64,000 bases of DNA. It comes from Candidatus Deferrimicrobiaceae bacterium (lineage in GTDB: Bacteria > Desulfobacterota > Deferrimicrobia > Deferrimicrobiales > Deferrimicrobiaceae). Positions 31,052 through 40,417 of the stretch are shown here, piece after piece. Under the pieces are notes generated by a model. The model saw only the letters and a program-made list of their open reading frames with translations. It was not told the origin of the DNA and did not search any database. A program made the position numbers and the translations under genes. Positions within the stretch are counted from its first letter, which is position 1; each line of letters opens with the position of its first letter. The stretch covers positions 544,001 through 608,000 of the forward strand of contig CAWBVY010000004.1 in assembly GCA_963792415.1 (NCBI GenBank), read 5' to 3'.

Positions 31052-32041
31052 TCAGAGCCGTTTGTAGGTCAGCGCCGCCGTCCCGGGGACCTCGAGGAAC
31101 TCGAGGACCGTGTCCGTCGCGCGCTGGATCTTCCCGCCCTTGAGGCCGCCCCGGAACACGGTGTCGGAAAGAAGGCGGGAGAGGTTGATCCCGACCCCGT
31201 AATAGATGCGCCGGTGGGGGTCGTTCATCGTGCCGTCAATGTACTCGTAGCCGCGCGTGTTGTACCCGACCAGGATCTCCAGGTACCGTACCAGGGGAAC
31301 GTCCCTGAGCCCGGGCACGCCGTCCGCCTTGAACGCCAGCAGGTACGTCTGCCCCGAGTAATCGCCGACGACGTTGGACTTGTCGAGGGTCTTGGCGGCA
31401 TCGGATTGCCGGTACAGGAGCCGGAAGTCCACCAGAGCGTCGAACGATGGGTAGATCTCCTGCAGGAGGGCGAAGCCCACGCCGACGGCGTTGAACACCA
31501 CGTCCTCGTAGCTGAAGCGCCACTTGGACGAGAAGCTGTCCACCATCTCGACACCCGTGAGGATCCCGAAGGAGGTCCAGGCGGCGAGACGAAGGGAGTG
31601 CGCAGGGTTGTTCCCCAGGCCCTCGAACGCGCCCGCGAGAAGTCGGGTCCCCGAGTATGTTGTGAACGCGTGGCCTAGCTTGTCCGCTCCGCCCGCGTAC
31701 GTGTCCTGTCCGAACCATCCTTCGCTCTTGGCCTGGGCCGAAGAGGTCATCCCTTCGCTCCACCAGTTATTCATCCCGTACGCCCCGACGGCCAGCGTGA
31801 TCCCGCCGATGACCGCGGCGTTCTTCCAGCGCAGATTCCGGTCGCCGGGTTCCGGGAGGGCGGTATTGTCGGAAAGAGGCCCCGTTCCCGAAGGCGGAGC
31901 GGCCGGGGGGCCTCCTGAAACGGGTGGAGAGCCCGGTACGGGGGCTTCCGTCGGGAACGCTTGCGCATCGCCCGCGGCGCAAAGCGCGGGAGCGCACAAC
32001 AGCGCGACGACGATTGCGGCTCCGTAAACCGAGGGACGCAG
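31052..32041 (-). CDS. DUF2279/YfiM-like exported protein; probable CTG start at 32041
   Basis: ADKLGHAF, EMVDSFS..FSYEDVVFNAVG, DYSGQTY. GGAGG precedes an in-frame CTG that gives a complete signal peptide. Confidence 0.75.
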   Translation of the reverse strand: MRPSVYGAAIVVALLCAPALCAAGDAQAFPTEAPVPGSPPVSGGPPAAPPSGTGPLSDNTALPEPGDRNLRWKNAAVIGGITLAVGAYGMNNWWSEGMTSSAQAKSEGWFGQDTYAGGADKLGHAFTTYSGTRLLAGAFEGLGNNPAHSLRLAAWTSFGILTGVEMVDSFSSKWRFSYEDVVFNAVGVGFALLQEIYPSFDALVDFRLLYRQSDAAKTLDKSNVVGDYSGQTYLLAFKADGVPGLRDVPLVRYLEILVGYNTRGYEYIDGTMNDPHRRIYYGVGINLSRLLSDTVFRGGLKGGKIQRATDTVLEFLEVPGTAALTYKRL

Positions 32042-32205
32042 AGTACCTCCGGGCCGGAAGGGAAGTATTCCTCTTTTTCTGAAATCGAATTATACCTTGG
32101 CGGGATTCCGGGGGAAGTATAATGCCACCAATATTTTCGGGTTTGGAGATCGCCCCGTGACGATGGGGCCGGCGAAAGAAGAGGAACCCGGGAGGGAAGC
32201 GGCGG

Positions 32206-33342
32206 ATGGCGAAAAGATCGCGGTACCTGTCCGGCGCCCGGATCCTTCCCCCGCCCGTGGGGAAGAGGATGCCGGCGTCGGAGTTGATCGAGAGGACGTT
32301 CCTCGCCTACAACGCGGGGAGGCTGCGGGAGGGGGCGCGGCTCCTGTCCGAACGGATGCTGAAACCCGACGTCACGGTGGGGCTCTCGCTGACGGGCGCG
32401 CTCACCCCCGCGGGGCTCGGCGTGTCGTGCGTCGTGCCGCTGCTCAAGGCGGGGTTCGTCGACTGGATCGTCTCGACGGGGGCGAACCTCTATCATGACG
32501 CCCACTTCGGGCTCGGGCTTCCGATGCACGCCGGCTCGCCGTTCCTCGACGACCGCGTCCTTCGGGAAGAGGGGGTCGTGCGGATCTACGACGTCCTGTT
32601 CGACTACGGGGTGCTCCTCGACACCGACGCCTTCTTCCGCCAGGTGCTGGACCTTCCGGAGTTCCAGGCGGAGATGGGGACGGCGGAGTTCCACTACCGG
32701 CTCGGGCGGTACATGGCCGAGCGGGAGAAGGCCCTCGGCCAGGGGGAGGTGAGCGTGCTGGCGGCGGCGTGGCGGTACGGGGTCCCCGTCTACACGTCGT
32801 CCCCGGGAGATTCCTCCATCGGGATGAACGTCGCCGCGATGCGCCTCGGCGGGCGCGGGGTGACGTTCGACGTCTCCCTCGATGTGAACGAGACGGCGGC
32901 GATCGTCTACGACGCGAAACGGCGTGGAGGGAAAAGCGCGGTCTGGATCCTCGGCGGCGGGTCGCCGAAGAACTTCATGCTCCAGACCGAGCCGCAGATC
33001 CAGGAGGTTCTCGGGCTCGACGAAAAGGGGCACGACTACTTCCTCCAGGTCACCGACGCCCGGCCCGACACGGGCGGGCTGTCCGGCGCGACGCCGTCGG
33101 AGGCGGTCTCCTGGGGGAAGGTCGACCCGGACAGGCTCCCCGACACGGTGGTCTGCTACCTCGACTCCACCGTGGCGCTGCCGCTCCTTTGCGCCTTCGC
33201 GTTCGACCGGGTGGGGAAGCGGGCACGAAGGCGCCTCTACGACCGCCGGGCGGAGATGCTGGCGGTCCTTGGAAAGGCGTACCGCAAGGCGGTGAACGCC
33301 GCCGTGGTGACGAAGAAGCGGAAGGTCGCGCGGAAGAAGTAG
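32206..33342 (+). CDS. Deoxyhypusine synthase-like protein (putative homospermidine synthase)
   Basis: [45 protein letters not shown] (catalytic Lys present). Confidence 0.92.
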   Translation: MAKRSRYLSGARILPPPVGKRMPASELIERTFLAYNAGRLREGARLLSERMLKPDVTVGLSLTGALTPAGLGVSCVVPLLKAGFVDWIVSTGANLYHDAHFGLGLPMHAGSPFLDDRVLREEGVVRIYDVLFDYGVLLDTDAFFRQVLDLPEFQAEMGTAEFHYRLGRYMAEREKALGQGEVSVLAAAWRYGVPVYTSSPGDSSIGMNVAAMRLGGRGVTFDVSLDVNETAAIVYDAKRRGGKSAVWILGGGSPKNFMLQTEPQIQEVLGLDEKGHDYFLQVTDARPDTGGLSGATPSEAVSWGKVDPDRLPDTVVCYLDSTVALPLLCAFAFDRVGKRARRRLYDRRAEMLAVLGKAYRKAVNAAVVTKKRKVARKK

Positions 33343-33348
33343 GAAGGT

Positions 33349-33882
33349 CTATCGTTCTTCGTGCAGGTGGAGGAGGAGTTTCCCCGCGGCCCACGCGTCG
33401 GCTTCCGCCCGGTGGAAGGTGGTGCCGATGCCGAGCTCCCTGCAGAGGTTCGGGAGGGAGTGGGAGCGGAAGCGCCCGGTCCGGCGGGCCAGCGGAAGCG
33501 TGTCGATCACCCGGTTCCCCGGCCACGATCCCCCCGCGATCCGGGCCTCGCTCCGGAGGAACGACAGGTCGAACGGCGCGTTGTGGAAGACGAGCGGGTC
33601 GTCGGCGAGAAAGTCGAGGATCCGCGGAAGAAGGTCGGCGAAGGTGGGGGCCCCGGCCACCATCGCGTCGGTGATCCCGTTCACCGCCGACGCTCCTGGG
33701 TCGATGGGGCGCAGCGGATTCACCAGCGAAACGAAGGAGTCGATCACCGTCCCCCGCAGGAAGCGGAGCAGGGCGAACTCGCAGACCCGGTGGCCGTCGG
33801 CCGCGGAAAGTCCCGTGGTCTCCACGTCCGCAGCGACGTAAGGGATCTCGAGGATGCGGCCGCCGTGGGTCGGGTTCCTCAA
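33349..33882 (-). CDS. DEDDh 3'-5' exonuclease (DnaQ-like)
   Basis: [31 protein letters not shown]. Confidence 0.9.
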   Translation of the reverse strand: MRNPTHGGRILEIPYVAADVETTGLSAADGHRVCEFALLRFLRGTVIDSFVSLVNPLRPIDPGASAVNGITDAMVAGAPTFADLLPRILDFLADDPLVFHNAPFDLSFLRSEARIAGGSWPGNRVIDTLPLARRTGRFRSHSLPNLCRELGIGTTFHRAEADAWAAGKLLLHLHEER

Positions 33883-33934
33883 TATTTCCCCCTGTTGTAG
33901 AATACGGCCAACATCATCGCACAGGAGCCCACCG

Positions 33935-34042
33935 ATGAAAAAGTGGAAGTGCACCGTCTGCGGCTACATCCACCAGGGGGAAGAGCCCCCTGCCAACTGC
34001 CCCGTCTGCGGGGCGTCCCGCGAGAAGTTCGTACAGCTTTGA
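33935..34042 (+). CDS. Short rubredoxin-like protein (35 aa)
   Basis: AGGAG RBS; [32 protein letters not shown]. Confidence 0.85.
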   Translation: MKKWKCTVCGYIHQGEEPPANCPVCGASREKFVQL

Positions 34043-34758
34043 TGGCGGGTGCCGGGAGGAAGGTTGCGCTGGTCACCGGCGGGAGCCGGCGGATCGGCGC
34101 GACGATCTCCCGCGCCCTCGCGAAGGCCGGCTACGAGGTCATCCTGACGTACCGCGCCTCCGCCGCCGAGGGAAAGGCGCTGGCGGCGCGGATCGGCGGG
34201 AGCGCCGTTCCTCTCGACCTGTCCCGGCCGTCGACGTTCGGGCGGTTCGCGGACCGGCTGGGCCGGAAGTTCGGGCGCCTGGACCTGCTGGTCCACAATG
34301 CCGCCGTCTTTCCCCGGACGCCGGCCGGCGAAGTCCCCTCCGCCGACTGGGACGCCGTCTTCGCCGTCAATCTCCGCGGTCCGTTCCTGCTGACCCAGGC
34401 GCTGTTGCCGCTGCTGCGGAAGGGGCGGGGAGGCGCGGGGGTCCTGTTCCTCGGGGACGCCAACGCCTTCGAACTGTGGCCCGGGTACCTGCCGTACTGC
34501 CTCTCGAAGCTAACCCTCCTGCCTCTGGCCGCCGGTTTGCGGAAAGCCCTCCCGCCCGACGTTCGCGTCGGGGTCGTTCGACCGGGGCTGGTCCTCCCGC
34601 CCGACCGGTTTCCGGCGAAGCGGTGGGCGCGCCTCCGCGCTTCGATGGCGGGGCGGCGCGGGATCCGGACACCGGAAGGCGTCGCGAGAGCCGTCTTGCA
34701 ATTCGCGCGGGCGGGGATTTATAATGGCCGGACCAATCAACAAGGGGGTGTCCAATGA
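34042..34758 (+). CDS. SDR oxidoreductase (pteridine reductase/FolM-like)
   Basis: [29 protein letters not shown]; TGATG coupling. Confidence 0.88.
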   Translation: MAGAGRKVALVTGGSRRIGATISRALAKAGYEVILTYRASAAEGKALAARIGGSAVPLDLSRPSTFGRFADRLGRKFGRLDLLVHNAAVFPRTPAGEVPSADWDAVFAVNLRGPFLLTQALLPLLRKGRGGAGVLFLGDANAFELWPGYLPYCLSKLTLLPLAAGLRKALPPDVRVGVVRPGLVLPPDRFPAKRWARLRASMAGRRGIRTPEGVARAVLQFARAGIYNGRTNQQGGVQ

Positions 34759-34916
34759 AGAAATGGAGATGCAACGTGTGCGGCTACATCTACGACCCGG
34801 CCATCGGCGACCCCGCCAACGGCGTGCCTCCCGGCACCCCCTTCGAGAAGATCCCGGACGACTGGGTATGCCCCCTCTGCGGCGTGGGCAAGGAAGATTT
34901 CGAAGCGGCCGACTGA
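34755..34916 (+). CDS. Rubredoxin (53 aa)
   Basis: [49 protein letters not shown]; not in the ORF track. Confidence 0.95.
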   Translation: MKKWRCNVCGYIYDPAIGDPANGVPPGTPFEKIPDDWVCPLCGVGKEDFEAAD

Positions 34917-34949
34917 CCGGACCCTGAAAACCAGCGAGGTGCCATCCAG

Positions 34950-36155
34950 ATGCCCAACGTGACGCTTGCGCCCGACGTCTATTGCGTCGGGGTCAACGAC
35001 CCGGGGTTGACCGTTTTCGACATCGTCATCCCGACGGAGTACGGAACGACGTACAACTCCTACCTCGTCAAAGGTAAGGAGAAAACCGCACTCATCGACT
35101 GCGTGAAGCGTCCCTTCGTCGCCGAATTTTTCCGCAAGATCGAAGAGGTCCTTCCGCTCGAGAAGATCGACTATGTGGTCATCAACCATTCCGAGCCCGA
35201 CCACGCGGGCGGGATCGTCGACCTGCTGCAGCGGCATCCGAACGTCCAGGTCTACCTCTCCCGGCCCGCCAAGTCGTTCATCGACAACCTCGTCAACGGG
35301 GAGTACAAGTTCCACCTCGTGAACGACAACGAGGAGCTCCCCCTCGGCGGCAAGACGCTGCGCTTCATCAACGCGCCGTTCCTCCACTGGCCCGACACGA
35401 TCTTCACGTACCTGGTGGAGGACAAGATCCTCTTCCCCTGCGACTTCCTCGGCTCCCATTATTCGTCGCCCCACACCTTCAACGACGAGCTCGACCATCC
35501 CGAAAAGGCCCGCGCCGCCTTCGAGTTCTACTACAGCACGATCATGCGCCCGTACAAGGAGCCTGTTCTCAAGGCGTGCGAACGCCTGAAGGACCTGCCG
35601 ATCTCGATGATCGCCCCGTCCCACGGGCCGGTGCTCCGGAAGAACCCGCTGGAGTATCTGGCGTGGTACAAGCACCGGGCGGACATCATGGCGAGGGTGA
35701 AGGAAAAGAAGGTGCCGATCGTCTACGTTTCCGCCTACGGGAACACGGCCGCCATGGCGAAGAAGGTGGCGGAAGGGGTGGCCGCGGGAGGGCTCACGCC
35801 GGTGCTGTTGAACGGCGTCGAGGTCCCGATGGACAAGATCGTCGACGAGCTCGACGAATCCGTCGGCTTTCTGATCGGAACGCCGACCCTGAACAGCAAC
35901 CTGCCGCACCCGATCCTGAGCATGATCGGGCACCTGGTGGTGCTGAACCTCCGGGGGAAAACCGCTTCCGCGTTCGGTTCCTTCGGCTGGAGCGGCGAGG
36001 CGATCAAGATGGTGGCGGACATCCTGACGGCGATGCGGATCAAGGTGTCGCCCGAACCGATCAAGTTCAAGATGACGCCTTCCGCGCAGGACCTCGATTC
36101 CTGCTTCGCGTTCGGCAAGAAGTTCGCGGAGGACCTGGGGGGGAAGGCCGCTTAG
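34950..36155 (+). CDS. fprA: Flavodiiron protein (FprA family)
   Basis: GTTYNSYL, NHSEPDHAG, LHWPDT, CDFLGSH, APSHG, flavodoxin domain SAYGNT and FGSFGWSGEA. Confidence 0.95.
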   Translation: MPNVTLAPDVYCVGVNDPGLTVFDIVIPTEYGTTYNSYLVKGKEKTALIDCVKRPFVAEFFRKIEEVLPLEKIDYVVINHSEPDHAGGIVDLLQRHPNVQVYLSRPAKSFIDNLVNGEYKFHLVNDNEELPLGGKTLRFINAPFLHWPDTIFTYLVEDKILFPCDFLGSHYSSPHTFNDELDHPEKARAAFEFYYSTIMRPYKEPVLKACERLKDLPISMIAPSHGPVLRKNPLEYLAWYKHRADIMARVKEKKVPIVYVSAYGNTAAMAKKVAEGVAAGGLTPVLLNGVEVPMDKIVDELDESVGFLIGTPTLNSNLPHPILSMIGHLVVLNLRGKTASAFGSFGWSGEAIKMVADILTAMRIKVSPEPIKFKMTPSAQDLDSCFAFGKKFAEDLGGKAA

Positions 36156-36162
36156 CAGCTGC

Positions 36163-36256
36163 GTCGCCTCGGAGGGCGGGGCTCCGTTCGTGGCTCGCCG
36201 TGCGGTGAACCCGCACGGCTGCGCTTTACCTCACTGCGCCCCCCTCCTACGGCGAC
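36163..36256. repeat. Long imperfect palindromic (REP-like) element between convergent genes
   Basis: Outer arms gtcgcc/ggcgac and ggaggg/ccctcc; inner 9-bp stem gccgtgcgg-tgaac-ccgcacggc. Confidence 0.6.
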
Positions 36257-36273
36257 TTCGCCGGATCCTCCCG

Positions 36274-36453
36274 TTAGCTGCCATGCTTCTTCACGATTTC
36301 CAGTCCTTCTTTATGGAGGGAACGGTCCGATTCCTTCTTGATCTGATGCTGCTTCTCCAGGGCCTCGCCGCGGATGAGCGCCTTGCAAGGGTCGCAGATC
36401 CCGCCCTCGAACACCCCTTCCTTCGCGCAGGCCATGCAGCGTTTCTTGTCCAT
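36274..36453 (-). CDS. Small hypothetical Zn-binding protein (59 aa)
   Basis: MDKKRCMACAKEGVFEGGICDPCKALIRGE...KKHGS*; CxxC-x10-CxxC; extended -10-like element 6 nt upstream; not in the ORF track. Confidence 0.7.
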   Translation of the reverse strand: MDKKRCMACAKEGVFEGGICDPCKALIRGEALEKQHQIKKESDRSLHKEGLEIVKKHGS

Positions 36454-36555
36454 ACGGACAGTATCCCACAGGGGAACCCGGATGAATATTCCTCCTTGGG
36501 AATCGGTTCCGTCCCGGCGTCATCCCAGGAAGAGAGACATTGAAGGGAGAGAGCG

Positions 36556-37125
36556 ATGGAACCTCGAAAGGCGCCCGAACGGATCCCGGAAAAACCGCGC
36601 CGGGGGCTCGTTCTTGTGATCACCGGCGACGGGAAGGGGAAGACGACCTCGTGTCTCGGGATGTCGGTGCGGGCCGTCGGATACGGGATGAAGGTCCTGA
36701 TGGTGCAGTTCATCAAGGGTTCGCTCCATTACGGCGAGCTCGACGGGGCGAAGCGGCTGGCGCCCGAGTTCGAACTTCTGCCGATGGGGAAGGGGTTCGT
36801 GGGGATCCGCGGCGACTCGCTTCCGATGGAAGAGCACGTGGCGGCGGCGCGGGAGGCGCTGGCCCTGGCCCGCGACCGGATGCTGTCCGGGAAGTACGAC
36901 GTGATCATCCTCGACGAGGTGAACGTGGCGGTCCGCCTCGGGCTGATCGACGTGAAGGAGGTTCTCGCGCTGATCGCGGAGAAGCCGGAAAACGTCCACC
37001 TCATCCTGTCGGGGCGGAACGCGCACGAAGAGGTGGTCCGGGTCGCCCACCTGGTGAGCGAGGTCCGCAGCGTCAAGCACCCCTACGACCAGGGGATCGA
37101 GGCGGAGAAGGGGATCGACTACTGA
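36556..37125 (+). CDS. cobO: Cob(I)alamin adenosyltransferase (CobO/BtuR)
   Basis: TGDGKGKTT, QFIKG, ILDEVN, LSGR, KHPYDQG..AEKGIDY. Confidence 0.93.
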   Translation: MEPRKAPERIPEKPRRGLVLVITGDGKGKTTSCLGMSVRAVGYGMKVLMVQFIKGSLHYGELDGAKRLAPEFELLPMGKGFVGIRGDSLPMEEHVAAAREALALARDRMLSGKYDVIILDEVNVAVRLGLIDVKEVLALIAEKPENVHLILSGRNAHEEVVRVAHLVSEVRSVKHPYDQGIEAEKGIDY

Positions 37126-37154
37126 CCCGCCCGGGGCGGACGGAGGAGATGCGG

Positions 37155-37370
37155 ATGGAATTCGACCGGGTCGACGTGGAGGAGGAACTCTCCTCCTGCC
37201 CGAAATGCAGGGCGGGTGGAGGGTTCCACGTCTCTTTTCGGAGAGTGGAACGGAGGCTCGAGGTCGTGCTGGTGTGCCCCTCGTGCGGGTACCGGTTCGC
37301 CGCCGGGGAGTTCCTCATTCCCGACGGGAGCCCGCGTCCCTTCGATCCCTCGATCGATTCCGGCCCTTGA
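37155..37370 (+). CDS. Small zinc-ribbon protein (71 aa)
   Basis: GGAGGA RBS; CPKC...GFHVSF...CPSCGYRF. Confidence 0.7.
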   Translation: MEFDRVDVEEELSSCPKCRAGGGFHVSFRRVERRLEVVLVCPSCGYRFAAGEFLIPDGSPRPFDPSIDSGP

Positions 37371-37385
37371 GGGGCCGGGGCCCGT

Positions 37386-38393
37386 TCAGGCTTTCGCGCG
37401 CTCGAGGAGCGGCGTCCCGAACAGAAGACCGAAGTAGTCCTCGGCGTTCTTGATGTAGACCTTCCCGCCTCCGGCCATGTTCTCGCCGGCGAGCTCCCCC
37501 TGCTTCATCGCGCTGCGCCACCCGAAGTTGATCCGGCTCCCTCCCCGGTTGATGTCGTACACCTCGGCGCAGTCGCCCGCCGCGTAGACGTTGCTGACGT
37601 TCGTGCGCAGGTACTCGTCGACCAGAACGCCGGCGCCCGCCTTCACGCCGCTCCCCTCGAGGAAGCCGATGTTGGGGAGCCGCTCGGTGGCCACCACGAT
37701 CAGGTGGCACCGGATCGCAGCGCCCCCCGCCGTCACCACGTCGAAGTTCTTCCCGTCGACGTCGACCACGTCGGCGATCTCCGTCCCCTCGTGGACCTTT
37801 ACGCCGCGGGTGCGAAGCTGGTCGGTGACCCGCGCCTCGACCTCCCCGGAGATGGGGTTCCCGAACCGCGGGAGCCCCGGGTTGATCCAGATCACCTGGT
37901 TCCCCAGCTTGCGCATCGCGCGCGCCGCCTCGATGCCGAGGTAGCCGGGACCGTAGACGACCGTCGTGTCGGAGCGCATCGCCCGCTCGCGGACCCGCTG
38001 CGCGTCGCCGAGGGAGTTCAGGAAGAGGAACGAGCCCGGCGCCCCCATCAGCGCGAGGGGGAGGATCGGCCGGCCCCCGGTGGCGACGCACAGGAAGTTG
38101 TACGTCTCCTCGGAGCCGTCGGAAAAGGCGACCCGGTTCTTCGCCGCGTCGACCCGGCGCGCGCGCTTCCCGCCGAGGAGCTTCACCCCGGATTGGGCCA
38201 GGTCCTTTCCTTGCGGATCGGCGACGCCGGAGAGCTCCCGGTCGCCGGAGACGAGGTCGGGGAGCAGGGGGCGAAGGTACGGCGCGGCGTGCTCCTCGGT
38301 GGCGATGACGACCTCCGCGTCCTTGTCCTGCTTCCTTGCCGCCTTCGCAGCGGCGATTCCCGCCGGGCCGCTTCCGAGGATCAGGTATCTCAT
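37386..38393 (-). CDS. FAD/NAD(P)-dependent oxidoreductase (NADH:rubredoxin oxidoreductase-like)
   Basis: ILGSGPAG, ATGGRP, VDEYLRT..NVYAAGDCAE, QGELAGENMAG. Confidence 0.88.
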   Translation of the reverse strand: MRYLILGSGPAGIAAAKAARKQDKDAEVVIATEEHAAPYLRPLLPDLVSGDRELSGVADPQGKDLAQSGVKLLGGKRARRVDAAKNRVAFSDGSEETYNFLCVATGGRPILPLALMGAPGSFLFLNSLGDAQRVRERAMRSDTTVVYGPGYLGIEAARAMRKLGNQVIWINPGLPRFGNPISGEVEARVTDQLRTRGVKVHEGTEIADVVDVDGKNFDVVTAGGAAIRCHLIVVATERLPNIGFLEGSGVKAGAGVLVDEYLRTNVSNVYAAGDCAEVYDINRGGSRINFGWRSAMKQGELAGENMAGGGKVYIKNAEDYFGLLFGTPLLERAKA

Positions 38394-38468
38394 GGGGTTC
38401 CTCCGTGGTCGGATGTCGCTACCGAATCTACCATCTACGGGTTGGAGGGGCAAAAAGAAAAGAGGGTT

Positions 38469-39314
38469 TCAGGGACGGAACTCCGTTCCGAAGACCCCCG
38501 CAAGCGAATCGGGCGGTCCGGCGATCTCGTGGAATTCCCGGAACCTCTCCTCCCGGAGCCGCCGGAATGCGGTCTCCAGTACGCTTTCCGTCGCCACGCC
38601 GAGGATGTCCCTGCGAAAGTCGCGTGCCTCGGCCAGGATCACGTCGAAGTCGTGGATCGTCCCCAGGAGGGTCTGGAAGGCGTGGAGGCGGTTCGCCGTT
38701 TCTTCCGTCGCCTTCGGGAAGAGCGGGAGGAGGATCTCCGCGGCGTAGCGGTAATTCTTGAAAGCGAGCCGCATCCGGTGCAGCGCTTCCGGGTGCGCCG
38801 GGTCGAGGGCCGCATCCCGGTGCTTCGAGACCTCGCGCTCCAGCCTTCCGAGAAGGCCCGGGGCGAGGATCGCCGCCTCGAGCCGGTCCCCGAGACCCCC
38901 GGCCCTCTTGGGGAAAGGTACCCGAAGGCGGCGGGCGGACCGCGTCCCGAGGCACGTTCGCACCCGGGACTCCCATCGGAGGACGTCGCTCGCCACCAGG
39001 ACGGCATACAGGCGGGAGGGTTCGTCCCCTTCCGGGACGAATTGAAGGATCCAGTCCCTCTTCACGTGGGCATCGCGCAGCTTTCCCAGCGGGATCATGA
39101 GCGTTTTCAGGGACGACCGGGCCGCGCGCAGCCCCGGATCGGGCCCCAGAATCGTGTCGCTCACGGCGATCCAGGCGAGGACCCTCCGGATCGCCACCCG
39201 CAGGTCGTGGACGGCCTCGTCGGAGGTCGGGTCGGCGGAAGTCCGCTTCAGCCGCGCCCGGAACCGGGCTGCCCGCGTCCGCCCCGACTCCTCGAGGAAG
39301 GCGGTCGCTTCCAA
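38469..39314 (-). CDS. CHAD domain protein (polyphosphate-binding)
   Basis: EAVHDLRVAIRR, LGKLRDAHV, LHRMRLAFKNYRYAAE, QTLLGTIHD. Confidence 0.9.
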   Translation of the reverse strand: MEATAFLEESGRTRAARFRARLKRTSADPTSDEAVHDLRVAIRRVLAWIAVSDTILGPDPGLRAARSSLKTLMIPLGKLRDAHVKRDWILQFVPEGDEPSRLYAVLVASDVLRWESRVRTCLGTRSARRLRVPFPKRAGGLGDRLEAAILAPGLLGRLEREVSKHRDAALDPAHPEALHRMRLAFKNYRYAAEILLPLFPKATEETANRLHAFQTLLGTIHDFDVILAEARDFRRDILGVATESVLETAFRRLREERFREFHEIAGPPDSLAGVFGTEFRP

Positions 39315-39323
39315 CGGGCTCCC

Positions 39324-39707
39324 CTAGCCCCCCATCTCCTTGCGGAGGGAGGCGGCGGCCTTCCCGATGCGCTCCAGGTCCTTTCGCCGCCCCTTCCGCG
39401 GCTTCACGGAGAGGTCGTGCAGGACCCCCAGCATCCTCTCGACCCGGGCGGCGGGGAGCGATTTTCCCTCGACGGCCTCGACCGCGGCCGCGATCTCCGC
39501 CTCCGTATTGGCGACGTACCGCTCCGCGATCTCGGTGAACATCGCCCGCAGGCGGCGCAGCTCGAGGACGAGCATATCCTGCGCCGTCTTCCGGGAAGGC
39601 TTGCGCGCGAGCGCCGCGGCGATGCTCTTTTTTTCCGGCGGGGGGGCGGCCCCCGGTTTCGCCGAGGCCGTCTTCCCCCTGGTCTGTTTCCCTTTGGTGG
39701 TGGCCAT
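39324..39707 (-). CDS. Basic hypothetical protein (127 aa)
   Basis: Closely spaced between the TMK-like and CHAD genes; AAGGGG RBS; Lys/Arg-rich ends (KPRKGRRKDL). Confidence 0.75.
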   Translation of the reverse strand: MATTKGKQTRGKTASAKPGAAPPPEKKSIAAALARKPSRKTAQDMLVLELRRLRAMFTEIAERYVANTEAEIAAAVEAVEGKSLPAARVERMLGVLHDLSVKPRKGRRKDLERIGKAAASLRKEMGG

Positions 39708-39718
39708 TCGATGTCCCC

Positions 39719-40417
39719 TTATCCGTTCGGCGAGATGACGGCCTCGATCCGGGTCTGCAGGTCCCGCGTGATGGCGCGGGGAACCCGCATCCCGTTGATG
39801 GTTGCGAATCCGTAGATGGCCTGCAGCTTGTTGAAGGTCCGGTGGAGCTCGGACTGGTAGCGGATGAACGAGTCGTACCAGGACCGGTTGTACCCGATGT
39901 CCATTCCCGACTCCCAGTAGTCGAGCTCCCGCCCGCGGTAGATGTACCGCTCCATGAGCTTCTGGGGAGCCACGCGAAGGTACAGCACCAGGTCGGGGAC
40001 GAGGGCGATGCTGTACACCGATTGCAGCCAGGCGAGGTCGGCTCCCCGCACGATGTCACGCGCCATCAGGGTATAGATGTACCGGTCGGCGAGGACGATG
40101 AACCCCGCCCGCAGGGCCGGGAGGATCCGGTGCTCCAGCTGGTCCGCGAAATCGGTGGCGTAGAAGAGGGACAAGGTGCGCGGGGAGAGGACGTTCCCCT
40201 CCTTCGCCTCCGCCAGTTCATTCGCCACGAGGGTGGAGCGCTTCAGCCCCACGTGCTCGACCGCGTGCCCGCGCCGCTCCAGCCACTCGGTGAGAAAGGC
40301 GATCTGCGTGCTCCGCCCGGACCCGTCCGGCCCTTCGAGCACGACGAGCTTCCCCTTGAGGTCTCCGGTGGCGACCCCCGGAATCCCCTTGCCGTAGAAC
40401 GTTCTTGGCCGGTTCAT
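39719..40417 (-). CDS. Thymidylate kinase-like protein, copy 2 (Walker A Lys replaced by Arg)
   Basis: LVVLEGPDGSGRSTQ, IVLADRY, PDLVLYL; ATGA overlap with copy 1. Confidence 0.85.
   Translation of the reverse strand: MNRPRTFYGKGIPGVATGDLKGKLVVLEGPDGSGRSTQIAFLTEWLERRGHAVEHVGLKRSTLVANELAEAKEGNVLSPRTLSLFYATDFADQLEHRILPALRAGFIVLADRYIYTLMARDIVRGADLAWLQSVYSIALVPDLVLYLRVAPQKLMERYIYRGRELDYWESGMDIGYNRSWYDSFIRYQSELHRTFNKLQAIYGFATINGMRVPRAITRDLQTRIEAVISPNG

Noticed and set aside
36465-36555. Possible cobalamin riboswitch upstream of cobO (aggggaacccggatgaatattcc)
   Set aside because: Only a partial resemblance; the region is too short and lacks the B12-box elements.
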